Source of the DNA: Kiritimatiellia bacterium
GTDB taxonomy: Bacteria; Verrucomicrobiota; Kiritimatiellia; RFP12; UBA1067
NCBI GenBank assembly: GCA_045595285.1
Contig: JAZOAC010000138.1
Coordinates: 269-64,268, forward strand
Direction: 5' to 3'
DNA length: 64,000 bases
Positions 44,075 to 53,071 of the stretch are shown here, one piece after another (the stretch's first letter is position 1; every line of letters begins with the position of its first letter). Both the position numbers and the translations under genes were made by a program. The notes under the pieces were generated by a model that was not told the DNA's origin, did not search any database, and was given only the letters and a program-made list of their open reading frames with translations.

Positions 44075-45283
44075 TTAGCCTCTCACCGTACCGTCTCCGA
44101 CGATGGTGTACTTGTATGTCGTAAGCTCTTCAAGCCCCATCGGTCCGCGCGCATGCAGCTTGTCCGTGGAGATGCCGATTTCGGCGCCCATGCCGAACTC
44201 CGCTCCGTCCGTGAAGCGCGTGGACGCGTTCCAGTAGACCGCTGCCGAATCAACGTCGCGCAGGAAGAGGTCGGCGCGCTCTTTGTCGTTCGTGACTATG
44301 CAGTCGGAATGGTGCGAACCATGCTCGTTGATGAAATCTATCGCATCCTCGACGCCCTTGACCTCGGCGATGTTGAGATCCATCGAAAGATACTCGACGC
44401 CCGCTCCGTCGTCATGGAGCGCGACACCCTTGTCCGCCGCCCACGCCCTGACCATAGGAAGGAACAGCGGCGCAAGCTTTTCGTGTACGAGCAGGCACTC
44501 CGCCGCGTTGCAGGTGCCGGGACGCTGGGTCTTTGCGTTGTCGAGAATCGATAGAGCCATCCCGAGATCGGCCTTGTCGTCCACATACACGTGGCAAATT
44601 CCGTTGTAGTGCTTGAGGACGGGTATGAGCGCCGCCTCGCACATGGCGCGGATGAGCCTTTCGCCGCCTCGCGGAATCGCGACGTCTATCAAACCGACGG
44701 AGCGCACCAACTCGGTGACTCCCGCATGATCCGTGGTTTCGACCATCTGGACCGCATCCACCGGCAGGCCAGACTTCTCGAGTCCCGCACGGACAGCGGC
44801 ATTCAGGGCCTGATTCGACTTGAACGCCTCCTTGCCGCCACGGAGAATGACGGCGTTGGAAGTCTTGAGGCAGAGCGCGGCGGTGTCGACAAACACATTC
44901 GGCCGAGACTCGAATACGACCGCGATCACGCCGAACGGCTGACGCACCTTGCGGATATGGATGCCGCTGGGCCTGTCGCGCTCCCAAATCTGTTCGCCCA
45001 CCGGATCGGGAAGCGTCGCGACATGGCGCACGCCGTCCACCATAGACCTGAAACGCGCCTCGGTGAGCGTCAAACGGTCCACGAGCGCCGCCGAAAGCCC
45101 ATTGGCTTGTCCAGTCTCAACATCCTCCGCGTTTGCCGCCAGTATCTGCGGCTTCATAGTCTCCAGCGCCTGGGCAATGGACTCCAACGCCTCGTTCTTG
45201 CGCTCCGTCGAGAACGAGCGCATCCTTGCAGACGCCGCACGCGCCCTGACTGCCAAACCATGAATTGTCTCTGCTATGTTCAT
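44075..45283 (-). CDS. proA: gamma-glutamyl phosphate reductase
   Basis: ORF 44075-45358 trimmed to ATG 45283; the N-terminus MNIAETIHGLAVRARAAS then matches usual ProA starts. VFESRPNVFVDTAALCLKTSNAVILRGGKEA, HSDCIVT, NASTRFTDG. Confidence 0.88.
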   Translation of the reverse strand: MNIAETIHGLAVRARAASARMRSFSTERKNEALESIAQALETMKPQILAANAEDVETGQANGLSAALVDRLTLTEARFRSMVDGVRHVATLPDPVGEQIWERDRPSGIHIRKVRQPFGVIAVVFESRPNVFVDTAALCLKTSNAVILRGGKEAFKSNQALNAAVRAGLEKSGLPVDAVQMVETTDHAGVTELVRSVGLIDVAIPRGGERLIRAMCEAALIPVLKHYNGICHVYVDDKADLGMALSILDNAKTQRPGTCNAAECLLVHEKLAPLFLPMVRAWAADKGVALHDDGAGVEYLSMDLNIAEVKGVEDAIDFINEHGSHHSDCIVTNDKERADLFLRDVDSAAVYWNASTRFTDGAEFGMGAEIGISTDKLHARGPMGLEELTTYKYTIVGDGTVRG

Positions 45284-45290
45284 GCCGCAT

Positions 45291-45300
45291 ATTATATCAC
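45291..45300 (-). promoter_or_regulatory. extended -10 box GTGATATAAT, 7 nt upstream of proA ATG 45283 (leaderless-type promoter)
   Basis: attatatcac on the plus strand. The spacer is ATGCGGC, with no Shine-Dalgarno. Confidence 0.5.
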
Positions 45301-45415
45301 GAAATGCCGGAATGCCTGATACCGCATCATAGCCGCCTTTGGCGATTGAAAGCCCCATCAGTCAAGATTGCAGAAAGAAATGATGGCGATGCACCGCATC
45401 CTACGTCAAACGCGC

Positions 45416-46642
45416 TCATTTACCGAGGGCGTCGACAGGGTTCTTGCAGGCAGCAAGAAGCGCTGGGACAAACGAGGCGAGAAGACCAAAAACATACACG
45501 ATGACGACGACCCAGACCACATCCGACGCAACCAGACGGTACGGGATCGAATCAAGCCCGTACACGGACTTCGGGAACACCTCCACACCAAAGTGCGCAA
45601 GCTTGTCGACCAAAGACTGAAGATTGGCGAGTACACCCCACGCGGCAAGAAGACCCAACACGACGCCTGTAGTGCACTGCACAAGACCATGCGCCATGAA
45701 CACCGCCATGATGCGTCGCTTCGGAAAGCGGAGCGCCTTCAGAAGCCCGATTTCCGGCGTCTTCTGGACCGTGAGCACAAGCAGTGTGTTCATCACGCAG
45801 AAAAGGGCCACGATTGTAATGAGCATCAGCAGAAGAGCCGTCATGTTCTTCTCGACCGCAAGTGCGTTGAAAAGTTCACGGTCCGCTTCGCGCCATGTGA
45901 TGAGCCTGTTTTCCGTGAGGGCGTTCACCTGGTCGCAGACCATGTCGAACGCCGCCGGAACGGCAGGTTCGGCGCACTTGACGTGTATCGCAAAAACGCC
46001 ACCGCGGTCCAATCCCATGAGATCGCGCACATTCGGAAGCGAAGCGACGGCAAAGCCGGAATCGTAGTCGCGCTGGCCGGATGAGAATATCCCCGCCACC
46101 GTCCACTTGACGGGAAGCACGATCTCATCGCGGTTCACCATCGTCTTCGGGGAATATACCGTTACCTTGTCGCCCGTCCACGCGCCTAGCTGACGGGCGA
46201 GATCGACACCGAGGACGATCGAGTCGCCCTCCAGGTCATACGTGCCGGAACGCGGCGGTCCCAGCCTGTACGCACGGCTGAAGCGGTCCGGATCGACGCC
46301 AAGGATCACCGGTGCGGAAACCCGTCCGTCCTTTTCGAGGAGGCAGCGGGTGTCTATCTGCGGCGTGACGGCGACAATGCCGGGAACCGCCTCCAGTTTC
46401 CTTACCAGTTCGTCCTCTCCGCGGATCACATGATTGCCGCCGTACGGGACAATGGAGATGTGCGGCTTGAAGTCTAGGATCTTGCGTTCCCAGAGGTCGC
46501 CGAATCCGGTCATCACCGCACGAACTATGATCACGGCTGCGACGCCCAGCAAAACGCCCAAAACCGAAACGCAGGTTATGACCGAGGTCACCGAGCGTTT
46601 CGGCTTGAGATATTTGAACGCTAGAAAAAGCGGAAAAGGCAT
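45416..46642 (-). CDS. LolC/LolE-type lipoprotein-release ABC permease (FtsX/MacB fold)
   Basis: 408 aa. MPFPLFLAFKYLKPKRSVTSVITCVSVLGVLLGVAAVI, a periplasmic Sabre/Porter-like middle region, and the C-terminal FtsX 3-TM block. No adjacent ATPase. Confidence 0.8.
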   Translation of the reverse strand: MPFPLFLAFKYLKPKRSVTSVITCVSVLGVLLGVAAVIIVRAVMTGFGDLWERKILDFKPHISIVPYGGNHVIRGEDELVRKLEAVPGIVAVTPQIDTRCLLEKDGRVSAPVILGVDPDRFSRAYRLGPPRSGTYDLEGDSIVLGVDLARQLGAWTGDKVTVYSPKTMVNRDEIVLPVKWTVAGIFSSGQRDYDSGFAVASLPNVRDLMGLDRGGVFAIHVKCAEPAVPAAFDMVCDQVNALTENRLITWREADRELFNALAVEKNMTALLLMLITIVALFCVMNTLLVLTVQKTPEIGLLKALRFPKRRIMAVFMAHGLVQCTTGVVLGLLAAWGVLANLQSLVDKLAHFGVEVFPKSVYGLDSIPYRLVASDVVWVVVIVYVFGLLASFVPALLAACKNPVDALGK

Positions 46643-46647
46643 CGCCT

Positions 46648-47043
46648 TTAGATCGAGAACACTGATACGTTGTACATCTGGTACTTGTTGCAGGTGTCGA
46701 GTGCGTCCACAAGATACTTGTGGGGCGAATCGAGCGTGCAGCGGATCACAACCATCGAGTTCTTCGAGGTCTTCGAGATTTCGCGCATGCTCTGGTCGAA
46801 CTGCTTCATGTTCATCATGCGGCCGTTGAACACGAGACCGCCGGAACCGATGTCGATCTTGACCTGCGTGTCGTTCTCTTCAGAAGCGGCGGCGGAACTT
46901 GCCGGAGCCGGACGGTTTGCGTTCAGCTTCGAGAAGATGTCCTCCTGCTTGATCGTCACGACGAAAAAGATGATGAGCTCAAACACGACGTCGATCATCG
47001 GCGTCATGTCAAGCTGCGGATTGTCTTGGGGTTTGCGTGCCAT
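46648..47043 (-). CDS. exbD: ExbD/TolR-family biopolymer transport protein
   Basis: 131 aa. QLDMTPMIDVVFELIIFFVVT. Confidence 0.85.
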   Translation of the reverse strand: MARKPQDNPQLDMTPMIDVVFELIIFFVVTIKQEDIFSKLNANRPAPASSAAASEENDTQVKIDIGSGGLVFNGRMMNMKQFDQSMREISKTSKNSMVVIRCTLDSPHKYLVDALDTCNKYQMYNVSVFSI

Positions 47044-47058
47044 TGTATAGACTCTCCG

Positions 47059-47478
47059 TTACTTCGCCTTGCGTTCGTAGATTGCCATGAACGATATCTT
47101 CCATATGCCGTTCGCGGTGCAGGCGTTCATTACGCGCGCTACATGCTCATGGCGCACACGATAGTCGGCGCGAATGAGAACGGGAAACTCGCCGAACTTG
47201 CGCTTGCGTTCCTTGACACGCTGGCCGATCTGCTCGGGTGTCATCGTAATGTCACCCATCGAGATACGGCCCGTGCGGGCTATGTCAACGGTCATCTGCG
47301 TGGGCGGCATCTCTTCGGGGGTGAGCTCAATGCCGTACCGTCCGTCCTCGAGCTTGATCGTTTCATCCTTCGCCTGGCACTGCGTAAGCGTGACGACGAA
47401 GAAGATGATGAGCTCGAACACGACGTCGATCATCGGCGTCATGTCGAGCTGCGGATTCTCCTGGGCTTTGCGAGCCAT
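47059..47478 (-). CDS. exbD: ExbD/TolR-family biopolymer transport protein (second copy)
   Basis: 139 aa. The same QLDMTPMIDVVFELIIFFVVT N-terminal block, with a divergent periplasmic domain. Confidence 0.85.
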   Translation of the reverse strand: MARKAQENPQLDMTPMIDVVFELIIFFVVTLTQCQAKDETIKLEDGRYGIELTPEEMPPTQMTVDIARTGRISMGDITMTPEQIGQRVKERKRKFGEFPVLIRADYRVRHEHVARVMNACTANGIWKISFMAIYERKAK

Positions 47479-47507
47479 GGCTTAAGGTTTCCTTTCGGAA
47501 TCAAGCC

Positions 47508-48329
47508 TTAGACGGCGGCCTCTTCAGCCACTTCTTCGTCGGTAGCGACCTCAACGTTGCGAAGGCTGTTCAGGAGCTCCATCGTGACAGCCGTCATGCG
47601 GAGGATGAGACGGTTCGCATTGTTGCGGAGCATGTAGAAGAGGGTGATCGAGGGGATGGACACGATAAGGCCGCCTGCAGTCGTCCAAAGCGCCTGGCCG
47701 ATGGATGCCGCGAGCATGGATGCGTCGCCGGCGCCGCCGGAAGCAAGAGCCTGGAACGTAAGGATCATTCCCTGCACCGTACCGAGAAGGCCGAGGGACG
47801 GACCAAGGTTGGAGCACACGGAAATCCAGTTCAGGCGCTGCATGAGCTTCTCCTGCTCAAGGTCGGATGCGGCGGTAACCGCTTCCTGAATGACGTCGAA
47901 CCCTTCGGATACGTGCTGGAATGCGGCACCGAGGATATTGCTCATCGCGCTCGGCTCATTCTTGCACGCGGCAAGAGCCTGTTCGACGTCACCTTCCGCC
48001 ATCGCATTCTGGACGTTCGTGATGAGGGAGTTCGGCATGAGCTTGCCGGGCTTGATGAGGACGTAGCAGTCGACGGCAAAGTAGATCGCCATCGCTCCAT
48101 CCGCGAAAAGGGCGAACCACAGGAGCATGCCGACGATGCCCGAACCGAACACGATGTCATAGAAGCCGCCGCCGGAATTCGTCGTCTGTTTGGAGGTATC
48201 GGACTCCACGGCATTGCCCTGTGCGTCCGTCAACTGTGCATACGAAACGGTTGCAGCCACAGGAGCGCATACGCACCCGAGGAAAACCATCGCCGCCATC
48301 GTAGCTTTTCTCATCTTCTTCATGCTCAT
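47508..48329 (-). CDS. exbB: MotA/TolQ/ExbB proton-channel protein with signal-like N-terminal extension
   Basis: 273 aa. N-terminus MSMKKMRKATMAAMVFLGCVCAPVAATVSYAQ. Channel block LGPSLGLLGTVQGMILTFQAL. Confidence 0.85.
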   Translation of the reverse strand: MSMKKMRKATMAAMVFLGCVCAPVAATVSYAQLTDAQGNAVESDTSKQTTNSGGGFYDIVFGSGIVGMLLWFALFADGAMAIYFAVDCYVLIKPGKLMPNSLITNVQNAMAEGDVEQALAACKNEPSAMSNILGAAFQHVSEGFDVIQEAVTAASDLEQEKLMQRLNWISVCSNLGPSLGLLGTVQGMILTFQALASGGAGDASMLAASIGQALWTTAGGLIVSIPSITLFYMLRNNANRLILRMTAVTMELLNSLRNVEVATDEEVAEEAAV

Positions 48330-48375
48330 GATTTTTTCCTTTTCTTTGTTAAGATTTTGCTGAATGTTGGTAAAC

Positions 48376-49182
48376 TTACTTCTTTGCCCACTGACTTGCC
48401 GGATAGAGGCGCTTCAACTCTGCGCGCATCTGGTCCGCCCGGCCGGCCTGACCGATCTTCTCAAAGCACTGTGCCGACTTCGCTAGAGCCTCGGGACGGA
48501 GCTGATCGGCGACCTTGCCGTCCGTATACATCAGCGCAACGCGGAGATAGCCGTCGACAAGAGCCGCACGGATGGACTCCGCAGACTCGCCGGAGGCGAG
48601 AATCAGGTCGCCGCGACCGATGAGGGCCGCTCCGCTCGAATACCGGTCGCCGGAAGCCGCAGCCTTTGCGAGAAGTTTCTCAAGCTGATCCTTCTTGCCG
48701 AGCTGAACGAGAACCTTCCAGTAGATCGGAGCAAACTCACCCTTGAACGCGGCTTCAGGATTCGCGCGGACAACCGCCTTGCAGGAATCGCTCGCCTTGT
48801 CGACATCACCCATCGCGAGATAGGCATCGGCGAGATAGCGTGCGGCGCGGAGATCCCACTGAAGGTGGTTGTACATCTTCACGACGCTGTCGAAATACTT
48901 GATGGCAGAGGCGCCCTGCCCCTTTTCGACGCGTTCCACGGCCTGATCCCAGCCCTTGGGAGCCTCAATGTCCATCGCTGTGACGTCTGTGGGGGATATC
49001 TCTATTTCAAGCAAGGCGCCGCCCTGCTTCGTCTGAACGAAATACGTCTTGGACTTCATGCTGTAGCGCACGACTCCCTTGTGCGTTCCCTGTGCGTCGG
49101 TTATCGCGCCGATGATGTCGGCAGCCGCAGCAGACATCGTCGCCGACGCCGCAAGAACCAAAGTAGCCAGAAGTTTCTTCAT
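48376..49182 (-). CDS. secreted TPR-like hypothetical protein (268 aa)
   Basis: Signal MKKLLATLVLAASATMSAAAA. Helical repeat character (AARYLADAYLAMGDVDKASDSCKAV...). Confidence 0.65.
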   Translation of the reverse strand: MKKLLATLVLAASATMSAAAADIIGAITDAQGTHKGVVRYSMKSKTYFVQTKQGGALLEIEISPTDVTAMDIEAPKGWDQAVERVEKGQGASAIKYFDSVVKMYNHLQWDLRAARYLADAYLAMGDVDKASDSCKAVVRANPEAAFKGEFAPIYWKVLVQLGKKDQLEKLLAKAAASGDRYSSGAALIGRGDLILASGESAESIRAALVDGYLRVALMYTDGKVADQLRPEALAKSAQCFEKIGQAGRADQMRAELKRLYPASQWAKK

Positions 49183-49221
49183 TGTTGTATGTCCTTTACC
49201 GTTAAGATTGAATTGCTGAAA

Positions 49222-52200
49222 TCAGAGTTCCGTCTTGGCCTGGTTGATCGCATTCTGCACTGCGGTCTTGGCCTTGCCGTTCGGATAGATGTCGAGATAC
49301 GTCTCGCCGTACTTCACGACGCGGGCGGCGAATTCCTTCCTGTCCTCCATGTGCGGAATGAGTTTCGCCATGAGAGGAAGCGCGCTTGCGTAGCAGCGCT
49401 CGAGATTCTTGAGCTGCTTGGGCGTCATCTTGGAGACAGGGTGATTGTCATCGGGCTCATGAGCCTGCAGGAACGCCTGATAGCCGCCGACCGCCAGACG
49501 CATCGTCTCAAGCGCCTCTTCCTTGAGCTGCATCGTCTCCTCAGCCTCCATCTTGCGGACATACACGCCCGCAGACTCGAGGGCAAGCTCATCCTCCATC
49601 TCAGGACGGAACTGTCGCACCTTCTTGACCGCACCGATGGCGGCGTTGAAGAACTTGCGGCGGAGATTGTTGTCGCGTTCGCGGCGGCCCTCCTCGGATG
49701 CGACTTCGATGAGCATCATGTACGCGTCCACGACAACGGCGTTGCGGGGATTCTTCTCGATGAACCGATCGAGCGCTTCGTGCGCCTCAGTGATGCGGCC
49801 TGCACCATAGAGAGCCTTCGCCTCGCCAAGCTGCGCCCTGGCCTCGTAGTGCGCTGCGTTCGGCTTGCCCTTGGCAATGTCCGCAACCTTCTGGTATAGC
49901 ATCTGGGCCGTGTCGTAGGCCTTGAAGTCGACAAGTGCGGCTCCCGCATCGAGAAACTGCTTGGGCGTATAGTTGCCGGAAGTCCTGAGCATCTGCTCGT
50001 ACTGCTCAACAGCCTCAGCCTTGCGCCCCATGCTCATGAGGGCCTTCGCAAAGAACGGAACGGAGTTCTTGGCCTCCTCGGACTCGGGAAACTCCTTGGC
50101 GAGACGCTCGAACGCACCCTTGGACTTCGTCGCATCGCCCATGGCCGTATAGACGGTGCCGAGCATGACGAGCGCCTGCGGCGCATACCGCCCCTTCGGA
50201 GCGGACTCCATGTACGACTCATAGCACTTCGCCGCCTGCTTCAGGAACGCGCTCACGTCGAATTTGCCAATCGGATGCTGGAGACGCTGCCAGGTATCGC
50301 CCTCAAGGAAATGCGCCTGCTCACGTGCAAGGCCCAGTTTCTTCTTGTCTGCAGACGAGGTAAGCGGAGATTCAATGCCTGCGGTCGCGTCCTTAACCAA
50401 CGCGCGGAAGTTCTTCACTGCGGAAAGGATGAAATTGGCGGCGAGCTTGTTGGACTCCGCCTTCGCCTCCTCCACCGTATTCGTTCCGGCCGCCTCGTAG
50501 AGCGCGAAACCGCGGTTCCTTTCGAGCACTGCGAGAGAAAGGCGCGCGCTCACACGGTCCATAACCATCTTCGACGCTTCAAGATACTGCTTGAGATACT
50601 CGATCTGTCCGTCGATGTCATCCTGCTTGCCACGGCATGCAGACATCATCTGAAGCGCCTGCACGCGATAGGTGGAGTTGGAATACTGGGCGAGCACCGT
50701 GTTGAAATAATGGGCGGCCTGATCGTAATCTTCGGCCTTGTATGCGGCGCCGCCGAGAGACATCGCCATCTGCGCGGCCTGATAGTGCGTGGGATAGAGA
50801 CGGAAATAGGAATCGTAGAGCTTCTGGCTCTGGGCACGGCTGCCGTTCAGCGTCTCACGGGCGGCAAGACGGAGCACATTGTCCCCCGCCGTGCGCGTCC
50901 ACTTCTCGTTGAGGCCGGAGAAGCGCTCGGCGAAATAGCCTTCGATCGCATCGACGTCGCAGCGGAGCGAGGCTTTGGCCTTGGCGTCGCGTTCGGCCTT
51001 CCAGACCTCAAAGACGCTCTCAGCAAGTTTGAATACCGCATCCAGCGAATTCTCCGTCTCGGGATAAAGGGCCAGCACTTCATGGTACGCCTTCACGGCA
51101 TCGGACCAGCGCGCCTCACGATAGGCGGCATTGGCGGCCTTGAACTGCATCTTGCGGACATTGTCGATCTGCGCGGCGGTGATGTTCGTCTTGACGTCCT
51201 TCTTGAACATGTCCTTGACGAGTTTCTTGATCTCCTCAGCCAATTCGCCGGCGGACGCCGCCCATGTCGATTCGGGGTACTTAACGAACACGTTGATCGC
51301 ATGGTTGAACGCACCTGCGCCATTGCGCTTCCCGCCTTCCTTGACGCCAAATAGGAGGTCTGCGATCTTGGCCTTGTCCGGCTTCTTCCCCTCCAGTTCC
51401 TTGCCGACCTCCTTCCAGAGCATCTCTGCGAGCAGATAGCGGCAACTGGGCATCGGGGACTGGCGGATCAACCCCTGTGATCCATCAGGGTCAAGCTGAA
51501 GAAGCTGGTTGTGGATGTCCTGAAGCTGGGGAAGGTATTCGTTGACGAGCTCCTGTGCGCGGGCGATGTTGCCCTGAGCCATCTCAACATGGGCCTTGAG
51601 GGAGACGGCACGGCCGTACACAAGGATGAGATCGCTCATCCAAAGCATGCGGTCTGCACGCATCGATGCTTTCTTGATGTAGCCCGCGCGCTTCTTCGCA
51701 TCTTTCGTATCGGCGGCGAGCTGCAGGCAGAGTTCAGTCTCCTCCGTGGCGAACACGGCCCACACGTCATCTTTGAGCGGAAGCTTGAGCAGGCCGTCAT
51801 ACACAGCGATGGACTGATCGAACTTCTTTTCGGAACGGAGGATCTGGATCCACGTATAGGCCGCCTCCTGATAGAAGCTCATGAGCTCTTTCGTGGGCAC
51901 CGGCACGCCCTTGAAGAACTCGTCGTACAGCTTGCGGCACTCGGGAAGCTTCTGGCGCGCATAGTACGCATTTGCCATGGCGATCGTGAGAGCCCAATAT
52001 TCGGGCGAACCCTTTTTCTTCTTGGCGAGTACAGCCTTCACCTCATCGAAATGCCCGAGACGCAGATGCCCCTGCTGCTCCAGCACCTCGAGACGTGCGG
52101 AAAGGACAGGCCAGTTCTCGCGGGCCTTCACGATCACAGGAGCCGCGAGGTCGGGCATGTTGGCGTCGATCAACGCCATTATGAACGCGCACTCGGCATC

Positions 52201-52350
52201 CATCGCCTCCTGCTCAGCGGCGGGAATCGCCTCCACGGCAGGCTTATTGTCATCCTCGGCCGCAGCATTTGGAGCCGCAGTCTGAGCGGTAGCAAAACCG
52301 GCGAATGCAAACGCCGCGAACGCAAAAACTGGAAATCTGGAAAATCTCAT
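49222..52350 (-). CDS. giant secreted TPR-repeat protein (~1042 aa)
   Basis: ORF 49222-52392 trimmed to ATG 52350 (MRFSRFPVFAFAAFAFAGFATAQT), 7 nt downstream of a TATAAT box; the alternative is ATG 52359. Helical TPR-like repeats throughout. Confidence 0.7.
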   Translation of the reverse strand: MRFSRFPVFAFAAFAFAGFATAQTAAPNAAAEDDNKPAVEAIPAAEQEAMDAECAFIMALIDANMPDLAAPVIVKARENWPVLSARLEVLEQQGHLRLGHFDEVKAVLAKKKKGSPEYWALTIAMANAYYARQKLPECRKLYDEFFKGVPVPTKELMSFYQEAAYTWIQILRSEKKFDQSIAVYDGLLKLPLKDDVWAVFATEETELCLQLAADTKDAKKRAGYIKKASMRADRMLWMSDLILVYGRAVSLKAHVEMAQGNIARAQELVNEYLPQLQDIHNQLLQLDPDGSQGLIRQSPMPSCRYLLAEMLWKEVGKELEGKKPDKAKIADLLFGVKEGGKRNGAGAFNHAINVFVKYPESTWAASAGELAEEIKKLVKDMFKKDVKTNITAAQIDNVRKMQFKAANAAYREARWSDAVKAYHEVLALYPETENSLDAVFKLAESVFEVWKAERDAKAKASLRCDVDAIEGYFAERFSGLNEKWTRTAGDNVLRLAARETLNGSRAQSQKLYDSYFRLYPTHYQAAQMAMSLGGAAYKAEDYDQAAHYFNTVLAQYSNSTYRVQALQMMSACRGKQDDIDGQIEYLKQYLEASKMVMDRVSARLSLAVLERNRGFALYEAAGTNTVEEAKAESNKLAANFILSAVKNFRALVKDATAGIESPLTSSADKKKLGLAREQAHFLEGDTWQRLQHPIGKFDVSAFLKQAAKCYESYMESAPKGRYAPQALVMLGTVYTAMGDATKSKGAFERLAKEFPESEEAKNSVPFFAKALMSMGRKAEAVEQYEQMLRTSGNYTPKQFLDAGAALVDFKAYDTAQMLYQKVADIAKGKPNAAHYEARAQLGEAKALYGAGRITEAHEALDRFIEKNPRNAVVVDAYMMLIEVASEEGRRERDNNLRRKFFNAAIGAVKKVRQFRPEMEDELALESAGVYVRKMEAEETMQLKEEALETMRLAVGGYQAFLQAHEPDDNHPVSKMTPKQLKNLERCYASALPLMAKLIPHMEDRKEFAARVVKYGETYLDIYPNGKAKTAVQNAINQAKTEL

Positions 52351-52357
52351 GGAGCGC

Positions 52358-52386
52358 ATTATACGAAAAAGCCTTTTTGTGTGCAA
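52358..52386 (-). promoter_or_regulatory. promoter for the TPR/ExbBD operon, leaderless-type
   Basis: Minus strand TTGCAC (52381-52386)-17 nt-TATAAT (52358-52363), then GCGCTCC, then ATG 52350. Confidence 0.45.
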
Positions 52387-52431
52387 TACCATTTAACCAA
52401 CAAAATGGAATGACTTGATTGTTGCCCTTTG

Positions 52432-52440
52432 TGGTATAAT
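52432..52440 (+). promoter_or_regulatory. extended -10 TGgTATAAT, 7 nt upstream of ATG 52448 (leaderless-type promoter)
   Basis: tggtataat, then agcgcac, then ATG, read directly. Divergent from the TPR promoter 70 bp away. Confidence 0.5.
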
Positions 52441-52447
52441 AGCGCAC

Positions 52448-53071
52448 ATGTCACAGGAATGGAACATCAGGAGCCGCGGACACGTGTGCTCGATCTGCGA
52501 GAAGCCGTTGGTGGACAAGGCTCCGGTGGTGAGCGTGCTTCACGAACTGCCGGATGGTTACGAACGTCTGGACTGCCACCCTGAATGCTGGAAGACCTCT
52601 CCGCGCGACTGGGAGCCGTTCAGTTCCTGGGAGGGCGTGTATGCCGCCCCGACTCCGCCAGACAGGAAGGAGACGCTCAAGAAAGAAACAGCGGACGAAC
52701 TCCTCCGCCACCTGATCTCCCTCGACGATCCGGCAATGAAGAACGTCGTGTACGTGCTTGCCGTCATGCTCGAACGTTCAAAGATCCTAGTCGAACGCGA
52801 CGCCAAGGAACAGCCTGACCGCACCATCATTCGCATCTACGAACACCGCCGTACGGGCGAATCGTTCATTGTACTCGATCCGCGCATCAGGCTCGAAAAT
52901 CTCGGCGACGTGCAGACAGAGGTCGTTGCCCTTCTCTCCGGAACAAAGACCCTTGGCGAAGTGTCTCAAGCCAAGGAGTCTGAAGAAGCCCCTGCTGCGC
53001 CGCAGAATGCCTCCATACAGGAAACCGAGGCCGGGCCTCATACGGAACAGCCTCCCGCTCCCGCCGAGTGA
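52448..53071 (+). CDS. hypothetical protein with N-terminal CxxC...CxxxC zinc-ribbon-like motif (207 aa)
   Basis: ORF 52415-53071 trimmed to ATG 52448. VCSICEKP...CHPEC, and a Pro/Glu-rich tail. Its stop overlaps the hemW GTG start (GTGA). Confidence 0.6.
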   Translation: MSQEWNIRSRGHVCSICEKPLVDKAPVVSVLHELPDGYERLDCHPECWKTSPRDWEPFSSWEGVYAAPTPPDRKETLKKETADELLRHLISLDDPAMKNVVYVLAVMLERSKILVERDAKEQPDRTIIRIYEHRRTGESFIVLDPRIRLENLGDVQTEVVALLSGTKTLGEVSQAKESEEAPAAPQNASIQETEAGPHTEQPPAPAE

